DNA of 64,000 bases from Vicugna vicugna. Its lineage: Eukaryota. Location of the stretch: assembly GCA_013265495.1 (NCBI GenBank), contig MU058687.1, positions 62,001-126,000 of the forward strand. The letters run 5' to 3'. The translations under genes and the position numbers were made by a program. Numbering within the stretch: the stretch's first letter is position 1; each line of letters opens with the position of its first letter. The notes below the pieces were generated by a model, which was not told the DNA's origin, did no database searches, and was given only the letters and a program-made list of their open reading frames with translations. Shown in pieces: positions 54,470 through 64,000 of the stretch.

Positions 54470-56070
54470 AAAAATTGTTATAGACATTTAGAAGAATAAT
54501 GCTAAGTCCCTGAAAGAAAACTATCCTGAAGTAAATATTTCCTAAACAATTAAAAAAAAAACTCTAAGAATCATAAAGTCTGCAGGAACTTGGCTAATCA
54601 AATCCTAGAGCACTAAATTAATCAGTACAAAATTGAAAGGCTTTATATCTGTAATAAAAAAAAATCATCTTTGTGGAGGAGGAAACTTTAAAGTAGGTCA
54701 CCAATTGGAAACTATGGAGAAAAGCAGTGGGAAAGGTGAACTAGCTCACTGAAGTTGTAAGGATGTGTAAACTGTCACACCAGTGTAATTTCTTGATTTT
54801 TCATGGAAAACATATTTTTTACTTCCATATTAAAGTCCAATGGCGCCCAATTTTTTTTGCTTACATTTTTTGTCTTAGTTTTATGGTATTAGTTTTATGA
54901 TATTACCACAGAATACTGAGCTTAGTTCACTTCCTGAAAATAGAAAAACTGGGTGATTCCCTGTCTACTGTAGAAAAAGATGATTTTTTCAGCCCCACAG
55001 TCAGCTGCCCCTCACTCTTGGTGGCATCTCTTCTCTGCATCAGCAATTCAGGTGGTCAGGACAGCCCTCTGATTGAGCTTACTGTTAAGAATATTGTATC
55101 TTCTATACTGGTTGAAAGATTCATCCAGAAGAGGTTCTCGGAATCTGACATAGATTTCGTGCCTCCCTTTCCATTTTTGCAACATCTTTTTGGGCTCTAT
55201 TTCAATACTTCTTGCTATTCCAATATCAACAAAATTCCTGCCAGGAATGCATGTGAATTCACCTTATCTCACCTGTGTAGGGGAGCAAAACTTTACCACT
55301 ACTCTTTTCGGGTTTCTGGCTGGGCTTGGGAATAAACTTGACTTAAGACAGATTGACAAGAGAAAAACATACCAAGTTTATTTTTACATGTACATAGAAG
55401 ACTCCACAAGAAAATGAAGCCCCAAGAAGCGGAAAAACCTAAGTATTTATGTACTATGTTGAAGGGAGGAGAAACTGGAAAAAAATATATGGGGGAGATT
55501 CAAGGAAGAGAAGTTTTCTAACATCATATGTAGAATTCTCTCAGGTTTGACTCCTGTTTCTGGTGATAAGACTGATCTTTCCTCCTGGTATAGGGAGGGC
55601 AGCTGTCACATGGGAGTTGGACCTTCTGCTTTCAAGGGAGAAAAGTAATGTAAGTGCCCTTCTTGTACCTGCTGCTTTTCAAGTGCCTTTAGCTCAAAAT
55701 AATCAATATACCAAAATGATATATCTTGGAATGGCATCACCTGAACGCTTCACCTGAATCATTTCCACAGTGTCTCTCATCCCACTTGATTCTGAAATTT
55801 GAAGATACACTGAGGAAGAATTTTTTCATCTTCAATACTGCTATGTGCTTGATTTCTTTTTGTTTCCTAACATGTTTTTTCTAATGTCAAATTCTGAGTT
55901 CAAATCTAAAGCACAACAATCTTCTAAAAGTCAACCTCCAAATTCCTAATTAGTCCCATTGATAGTTGTAATTCCTATTAATCTCATATTTTCTTTCTCT
56001 AAATTCTAAAAAATTTCCTTTCTTATTCTAACTTCTATAAAGCCATCAATACCATAGCAGGTACCCTTCA
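54470..56070 (-). pseudogene. Degraded processed pseudogene fragment of EIF5B (C-terminal CDS plus 3' UTR), split by a solo LTR
   Basis: Minus-strand peptides KQKEIKHIAV, KILPQCIF, VEMIQVR*GEFTCIPGRNFVDIGIARSIEI, DVAK and KSEGQLTVGLKK are collinear with recalled eIF5B (KQEEFKHIAV..KILPQYIF..VEAGQVKQGTPMCVPSKNFVDIGIVTSIEI..DVAK..KSDWQLIVELKK). No introns; many stops and frameshifts. Boundaries approximate. Confidence 0.78.
55276..55752 (-). mobile_element. Solo ERV1-type LTR inserted in the EIF5B retrocopy
   Basis: TG...CA termini and perfect 4-bp TSD CCTG (55272-55275 / 55753-55756). Confidence 0.75.
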
Positions 56071-56499
56071 CTGCTCTCAGGGATATCGTCAAGTGCTTGC
56101 CCAGCAAACATTACCCTTCTCCCTGTTTTAAGAATTCCTGATTTTCATTCACGTATTGGCCATCTCTTGCCACTACGGGCTTTAGGAAAAGCTAACTCCA
56201 CCCTGATGGCAAGTGCAATGACAGTGATCCCTATTTGGTTTAAGTACATCTCAACATTCTGTCCAGGGGAAAGTGTGTGACTTAGGTGACATACTTGGAA
56301 TTCTGGATGTTTTCTCTCCCACTAGATATGAATAAAGATGCAAGAAGCCCCAATTTTTCCGGCAGCCACCTTATGACACTGTGAATGTCAGAGCAGACAA
56401 AAAAGAAACCGTTCTTGGTGTCATCACTGAGCTATTGAATCAATCAGATATGAAGCCAGAACTTTTCCTGACTTACTATCCAATAAATTTCCTTATTTC

Positions 56500-57105
56500 T
56501 TTAAAAGCTTTATTTTTTAAGCATGTTTAGATTCATAGTAGATGGAGAAGAAGGTACAGAAATTTCTTACACAGCCCCTTGCCCCACATACGTACCAGCT
56601 CCCTCACTATCAACATCCCACACAAGTCCTAACATTTGTTACAACTGATGAGACTACATTGATCCATTATTATCACCTAAAGTCCTAAGTTTATATTAGG
56701 CTTAACTCTAGGTGGTATACATTCTATGGGGTTGGACAATTGTGTCATAACATGAATCCATCCTTACTGTATCATACAAAATAGTTTCACTGCCCTGAAA
56801 TTCCTCTGTGCTTCACCTATTCAACCCTCCCTCCCTCCAACCCCTGGTAACCACTGATCTTTTTACTGTCTCCATGTTTTGTCTCTTTTAGAATGTCATG
56901 GAGTTGGAATCATACAGAATGTAGCCTTTTTACATTAGTGTCTTTCACTTAGTAATATGCATTTAAGATTCCTCCATGTCTTTTCATAGTTTGATAGCTC
57001 ATTTTCTTTTTATTGCTGAGTAATACTAAATTGTCTGAAAGTACTACAGTTTGTTTTTCCATTCACCTACTGAAGGACATCTTGGTTTCACCCAAGTTTT
57101 GTCAC
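56500..57105 (-). mobile_element. L1MC-like 3' fragment
   Basis: aatagtttcactgccctgaaa and cttagtaatatgcatttaag motifs. Confidence 0.7.
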
Positions 57106-58321
57106 TCTCCTCATTTTGAAGCAAGTTGGGCACCAATCGTCAGTAGCACCCCTTTAAGCCTTGCTTTACAGAGCTGACCTTTTTCTAAGATGTAGCTCTG
57201 CCAACTGGAACGCCTGTGTTAGGTTCCACAATTGCCAAGGAAAGGAAATAGAAGGAATCGTGTTTTATGACCAGCCCAAGGGGTATCATTTTGGCCGTCA
57301 TTCCTTTGGTAGAACTTAGTCATCTAAACCTACAAAACCACAGGGGAGACTGGGAAATATTGTCATCCTGTTTCCCGGGAAAGGGAAATAAACTGGTGAT
57401 GTTGATTAAAAGTGCATCCAGGATGGTTGTGGCATAGGGAGCCAGTCATGCTCTTTGGCAAACACATCCTAACTGAGCTACACTTCCTGGAGCATTAAGC
57501 CCCAGGTAACACTTGAGACCACACTCAATAAAATGTGAAGAATTTGCTTGAGGGAATATCCTACTGGTAAATATACAGGCTTCAAATCTCCACAATGAGG
57601 AGGGGGAGGCAGCTCTGTCCAAAGGGGTGACTAAACTAAATACCTCCAGTTCAAGAAAAAAAAGAATAAAGTCCTCTTTTTAAAAAATAGGACAGGGGAG
57701 TTGCCCCCAGTGAGCCAGCATATTCAGAAACCTGAAGTTAAGCCTGTTAGTGACATTAATACACCTCATACATTTATATAGAACCTACAGTCACTTGCCA
57801 TTCAGGAAGGGGCCTGTTGGAGAAAAAAGATTTCTACAACAGCAGAAGAAACATGCAAGCTATCTAAACCAATGACTCTAACCCTTCATTCATAAATATA
57901 AATGGACCATGAGGAAAACCAACAGCATGAACCACAAGGACTACAATGAGCAAACAGAACCACTGACCCAGGATTAAACACAGATAATCCACAGAACCAC
58001 ATATAATTTAGAAAAAAATCCTCATTGACATCCTCAGATTTTATATTTGAGAATATTTTACTGGAAGAGAAGAAAATTTTTAAAAATTGGAGAAAAATAA
58101 TTTATTGGAAATTACAAATATGATCGCTGAGATAGACAATTCAGTAGATGAGCTGAAAAAAAGAAAACGGACAATGGCTAACAGCCAAATTAGGAATTCA
58201 GAAGGAAGAGTTAAGAAAATCTCTCATAATTTTGCTAAAACAAGAGGTTGGAAATGCATGAGAAAAAATTAAGGCAGAGAAGATTGCAACACATGCTGTG
58301 TTCTACTAGCAGCAATGGTCT

Positions 58322-58550
58322 TTTTTTTTTTTAATTGAAGTATAGTTGCTTTACAATGTTGTATTAGTTTCTGGTATACAGCAAAGTGATTCAGTGATAT
58401 ATTTTTTTCATATTATTTGCCATTATGGTTTATTATTAAGATATCGAATATAGTTCCCTTTGCTATACAGTAGGACCTTGTTGTTTATCTATTTTATATA
58501 TAGTAGTTTGTGTTTGCTAACCCCAAACTCTTTATCCCTCTCCCACCCCC
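58322..58550 (-). mobile_element. Short L1 3'-end insertion
   Basis: T-tract followed by attgaagtatagttg...ttccctttgctatacagtaggaccttgttg, similar to 31380-31610. Confidence 0.75.
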
Positions 58551-58789
58551 AGTGGTGTTGGTTTTAGATTAACAAATTACAAAACAGAATAGGCTTTGCT
58601 CAGCACCAAGTTTACTTAGCTTTAAGAATTCAAGATAAGAGAAAACACAGCCACAGAATAAAGTAATTCTATACTCAGGATGCATGTGGTCACATGAGAT
58701 GAGGCTAAGAATGTACAGACAACTTCTGGCTTCAGATTAAAAGGCTCTATACGGAAGTGAAAAGAAAGTCATAAAAAATTCCCAATTAT

Positions 58790-59450
58790 GTATTGAAGAA
58801 TCAGCACTACCAAAAGAGAGGCCTGACCTTTACCCTTGGCTACTAAAGGTAATCTCTAGGCTATCCAAATATTATGCTTGATACCAGTATCTTTGCCCAG
58901 GGGCCTTGTGTCACACTAGATGATTTAGGATCGGCACTGTCCACACCTTAGTGTAGGGACTGGCCATACCAGAAAGACCAATAGTGTGATTCAGAGCAGG
59001 TGCTTCGGGTATCAGTCCACCTGCAGACTTAAGACTGAGATCAACCACGCAGGCAGTCAATCAACCACACCTATGTAATGGCCCAATAAAACTCTGAACA
59101 CTGGGGTTCAGGTGAGCTTCCTGGTTGTGCAAAGTACTGCACATCAAGGCCAAGAGTAACACGTCTTGACCCCACAGGAGAGGACAACACAAGCTCCATG
59201 TTATGAACTGACCTGGACTCTGCCCTGTACACATCTTCCCTTGGCTGATTTTAGTACGTATCTTTTCCTGTCATATCCAGGAATATGATGGCTTTCATTG
59301 CGTTCTGCGAGTCATGCTAGGAAAATTACTGAAACTGTGGGTAGTTTTGGGAAGCTTTGTCTCACCCAAACTTACAAGTGGTGTCAAAAGAGGGTGATCT
59401 CTTTTAAGGACTATTCCCTTTAACTTTGTAGTTCACCCCAAACACCTTGC
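58790..59450 (+). mobile_element. MER21-like LTR element
   Basis: Motifs caataaaactctgaacac, ggtgagcttcctggttg and gtggtgtcaaaag. Confidence 0.6.
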
Positions 59451-60941
59451 ACCAATCAGAATGAAGTGGATAATTTATCATTTCTTTGGCTGTCTAGCAT
59501 CTGAACCTCCTTTCTAAGTTAGCATAATTTCCTTAGTTTTATGTGACTTGCTTGGGGAGACCCCAACTATTAGAACAGAATTTAGAAAGAGCATTAGCAT
59601 TAGAGATTGTTGGTAGTGACAGAAAATCCCCCAAAGAGTGGCTTAAACAAGACAGATGTTAATTTCTCTCTCATGAAAATTGCAGATAAGTGGTACACTG
59701 CAAGGATTATTTTCTACAGTGTCAGGCACCCAGGCTCTGCTTTCACATCATGGTATAAGGAAAGCTAGCTGCTCCAGCTATCATGTACGATTCCAGCCAG
59801 CAGGAAGAAGAAAGGAGTAGGAAAAGGGCACACTGTCTCCATGATAATACTTTCCCCAACATTCACATTCTCCTTCTGCCTCTACCCAGTTGATCTGAAC
59901 TTCATTACATGTCCACATCAAGCTGCAAGAGAGATGGGGAAATACAATCTTTATTCTCGGAAGCCACGTACTCATAAAATATGCAATCCAGCAAGACAAC
60001 AGAACAGTCACAGATGTTTATATATCTAATATAGTTTCAAATATATAAAGCAAACATTTTAAAATACAGGAAGAAATCGAAAGATCTACAATAATCATAT
60101 CTGTATTTAAACTTAGAAACTGACAGACATAAGATAAACAAGTAAATGTATAGAGGATATGAATTACATAAATAATCAACTTGATTAGACAGATAGTCAG
60201 AGAGAGAAAGACAGTAGGAAACTTTGTTCCCGTCTGTATGTGACAGATAACACACATTCTTTTCAAACACTCTTGGGATATTTAAAAAGTTGACAGTGCA
60301 CAGAATGTTAAAAAATTCAAAAAAAATCTCAAGAATAGAAATGATGCAGACTATATTCTCTAAATACCATTCAAGAAAATCAGAAATAAACTAAAGGTTA
60401 CAATCCACTTGGAGCATTAACACCTTTCTTGGAGAGATGAAAAGTGGAAGTTAAATCACTTTGGAAAACATAGGGGTTGCTAATGTGTCTATCTTCTAAA
60501 GTCATACATTTAATTGAAAGTTGATGAAACAAGAAATAAAAAATCAAATATATTATTTAAAATTACAAACACAACCAAAAGAAAAACTGAAAATAACAAT
60601 ACGTCTATCAAACACTGGGAGGAGAAAAAGCAAGTAGAATGTTCACAGACAGTAAACAATTCTAAAATGCATAAATTAAGAAATAGAGAAATAGGCATAG
60701 TATTTAATATAATAGAGATAACTATAAAAACTAGTGAAACGAGAAAATAGAGATAGTTAAAAGAAGTTGCTCAAAGAACACAGGACTTTATGACAGAGGA
60801 GGGGTGGAAAAGAAGACTGCTGATTTGCATTTTAAGTTCTTTTCCTACTCTTATACTGCAGAAATTACTTGGGAAAAGTGTAGATTTTTCAATTAAAACA
60901 AAAGCTGTTTCTAAATAACTTGGATTTAAAAGGAGCTGAAA

Positions 60942-61361
60942 TGTTACAGAAACGACAGGCCAGCCAAGAAACAAGCACCACTCAGAGGGCTGGAGTACTC
61001 AGATTTATTACACCGGCGGGCTCAGAGGGGCTTCTGCTCCGAAGCTCTGAGCACCTCCAAGACGTGTGCATGAGGTTTTATAGGGTTAATTACAAGCTTG
61101 GGGTATTCGGCCAATAGGCATGGAACAGTTTTAGCAGCATCATTATCAAAAGTAGAGGCAGGGAGGCAGCAAACTAACATTTCAAGGCCAGATATGTCTC
61201 TCTGAAAATCCAGCTGACTAGCAAAAAAAACATGAGCAGGGAATCAGCAAACCAACACTTATTAACTTAGATTTATGAGTTAGCCCAGCGGAACTCAGAT
61301 CAGTAATCCGACACTTGTTACACTTGGAATTAGGAGTAGGCCCAGCCCGGCTTTTCCCTCA
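60942..61361 (-). mobile_element. Solo LTR with retained CpGs
   Basis: TG...CA termini, tgaaa/ggaaa near-TSD, AATAAA on - near 61004-61009, internal short direct repeats. Confidence 0.6.
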
Positions 61362-61426
61362 GGAAAACTAAAAGGAAGCTAAAAACTATTTTAAGATTAT
61401 GATGAAACAATAATGAAAACACAACT

Positions 61427-61638
61427 AGTTAACTGTTGAATAACACAAGTTTGAACTGTGCAGGTCTGCTTATACATGGATCTTTTTCAGAAACACATAC
61501 TACACCATTCACTGTTGGTTGAATCCTTGGATGCAGAACCACATGATAAAAAGGACAAACTGTAAAGGTATACTGAGATTTTCAACTGCATGCAGGGTTG
61601 GTGCCCCCAAACCCTGAGGTGTTCAAGGGTCAACAGTA
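61427..61638. mobile_element. MER8/Tigger-derived MITE
   Basis: Imperfect terminal inverted repeats agttaactgttgaa...ttcaagggtcaacag with TA flanks. Confidence 0.7.
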
Positions 61639-61880
61639 CTCCATATAAAACCATCACACATATAGCCATATTAGTATTCAGAGGAAAAGTATAGCCTAAA
61701 TAAACTTATTAGTATATAAGAAAAACAAAAGAAATAACCATTCAACTCAATAAACTTTAAAAAATTTAACCATTTAAACAAAAGAAAGAAGGCATGATAA
61801 AAAAAAATTAAAAGCAGATATTAAAGACATAGAAACAGGAAGCAACAATAATATGAAAGATGAAAAGGTTAGTCAAAGTA

Positions 61881-62220
61881 CAATCAACCCTCCACATTCC
61901 ATGGTTTTTGCATCTGTTGGATTCAACCAACTGCGGATCAAAAATATGCGGGAAAAAAACAAAATCCCAGAAAGTTCCAAACAACTAAACTTAAATTTGT
62001 CATATGCAGGCAACTATTTACATAGCATTCACATTGTATTTACAACTATTTACATTATATTAAGTACTACAAGTAATCTAGAGATGATTTAAACTATATG
62101 GAAGGATATTCATAGGTTATATACAAATATTATGCTATTTTATATTACAGACTTGAGCATCTACAGATATTGGTATCCTTGCAGGTCCTGAAACCAATCA
62201 GATACTGAGGGACAAATGTA
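61881..62220. mobile_element. MER2/Tigger-derived element
   Basis: gattcaaccaactgcggatcaaaaata...gacttgagcatc...gatactgagggac. Confidence 0.75.
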
Positions 62221-63053
62221 TTCTAAGATTTTTGTCATATTCAAGAGAAAGGTAAAGATACTAACTGTACACTCTGTTAAAATATTAAGAGTAACCATTA
62301 AAATAACCATTCAAAATATTTTATTTTGAAAAATATAATTTTCAAAAATTCAAGAGTAACTACTAAAAGAAGGTTTAATTTACATATGAATAGAAGAGAC
62401 CACGAGAAAAAAGAAAACTTTATCAAATCCAAAGAAAAGCAAGAAAGAAGTACAAAAGAAGCACAGAGAAAGCACACAATAAAATGATAGAAACATCTGA
62501 ATATATCAGTAATCACAATACTTATCTATGGATCAAACTTGCCTGTTAACTTAAATGGGTTATCAGACTGAATTTAAAAAAATTAGCTTCAGCCATTTCT
62601 AGGAGATATACCAAAAAAAAAAAAAAATTAAAAACGGAAAACCGAGAAAAAGAGAAATCAGGCAAATACTAACAAAAAAGAAAACGAGTGTTGCTGTATT
62701 AATATCAGTCCAAATGAACTCAAGGCAAAAAAGTATTTCTATACGTAAAGAAGATTATGATTTTTTTAAAAAGTTCAATTTACCAAGAAGATACAACAAC
62801 TCTGTTGTACTTAATAAGATCACTTCAAAATATAAAGGATAAAAGTATTTGAAGAAAATGTAGGAAGTTATTTTCTTAGTTTGAGAGTATTTATGCTTGG
62901 GTTTTCTCAAAAACAGACCCTAAAACTACAAAACATTGTTGAATAAAAATAATGAAGGCCTAAGGAATGAAAAGATATCCCATTTCATGGGCCAGATGAC
63001 TTACTATTAAGTCTTATTTAATGTAGTTAGTCTAAGTTAAGATGGTAATACTT

Positions 63054-63567
63054 CCTATTATGGGCTGAATTGTGGCTGCCCAAAATTCGTAGGCTAAAGT
63101 TCTTTTTTTTTTTTTTTTTGAGGTACTGGAAATTGTACCCAGGACCTTGTACATGCCAAGTATGCATGCTACCACTAAGCTATACACTACCCACCATATG
63201 TTGAAGTTCTAATCCCCAGTACCACAGAATATGACTGTATTTGAAAATAGGACTCTTAAAGAGGTAGTTAAGGTAAATGAGGTCATATGTGCAGGCCCTA
63301 ATCCAATATGACCGGTGTCCTTATCAGAAGGGGAGAATAGGATACACATATGCATGAGAAAAGACCATGTGAAGACACAAAGGAAAAGCCGTCATCCACA
63401 AGCCAAGGAGAGAGTCCTGGAACAGATTCTTCCCTCATGGCCACAGGAAAAAAGAAAGTTGCCGATATCTTGATCTTGAATTTCTACCCTCCAGAACTGT
63501 GAGAAAGTCAATTTCTGTTGTTTCAGCCACTCAGTCTGTGACTGGCAGCCCTAGCAAACTAATATAC
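63054..63567 (+). mobile_element. MLT1 (MaLR) LTR
   Basis: tgggctgaattgtg...ccagaactgtgaga...gcagccctagcaaactaata. Confidence 0.85.
63102..63195 (-). mobile_element. tRNA-derived SINE inserted in a MaLR LTR
   Basis: Poly-T plus gaggtactgg...cccaggacc; duplicated aagttct flanks. Confidence 0.8.
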
Positions 63568-64000
63568 TCTGCAAATTAATCTACAGATTCAATGTAATCT
63601 CCATCAAAATTCCAGCTGGCTTCTTTGCATAAACTGAGAAGTTGATTCTAAACTTCCTATTAAATTTAAGAAACCCATAATCTTGAAAAAGAAGAATAAT
63701 GCTGGAAGACTTATAATTCCCAATTTTAAAACTTACTAGAAAGCACCAGTAATTAAAACAATGGTACATGCACAAGCAGAGACATAAAGATCAATGCAAT
63801 AAAACTGACATTCCAGAAATAAATACTCACATTTACAGATAATTGATTTTTGACAATGTTGCCAAGCAAATTCAAGGGGGAAAGAACAGTCTTCCAAATT
63901 GTGTTGACACAACAGGATATCCATATGCAAATAATTAATTTCAATCCTACATATGCATAAATAAAAATTAACTCAAAATGGATCAAAGACATAAATTTAA
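63568..64000 (+). mobile_element. Old L1 ORF2 remnant
   Basis: ctacagattcaatgtaatctccatcaaaattcca and aaaattaactcaaaatggatcaaagac motifs. Confidence 0.75.

Overview
Mammalian genomic DNA, probably camelid judging by the tRNA-derived SINEs, matching the RIOX1-HEATR4-ACOT locus. (1) RIOX1/NO66 is an intact, intronless JmjC oxygenase gene on + (8289-10319) with a 30-bp coding tandem repeat. (2) HEATR4 lies on -. I traced 16 coding exons by GT-AG boundaries and reading phase from ATG 29505 to the left edge of the window. The RIOX1 CDS sits in its last intron, and its 59-bp penultimate exon lies antisense inside the inferred RIOX1 3' UTR. (3) A three-exon ACOT1/2-type acyl-CoA thioesterase copy on + (39411-50596) is disabled by a frameshifting deletion, a TAG and loss of the catalytic His. 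It still carries a mitochondrial-like N-terminus, a C-terminal -AKL and an HNF4/DR1 promoter site, and intron 1 holds a decayed ERV1-type provirus nested in an L1. (4) A heavily decayed EIF5B retrocopy on - (about 54470-56070), missed by the ORF track, is split by a solo LTR. The remainder is L1, L2, MIR, MER/Tigger DNA transposons, MaLR and ERV LTRs. Homology calls come from recalled sequences, not database searches. I see no clear evidence of a wholly new biological system; the best leads are the sense-antisense exon overlap, the RIOX1 repeat, the ACOT pseudogene and a candidate RFX promoter.
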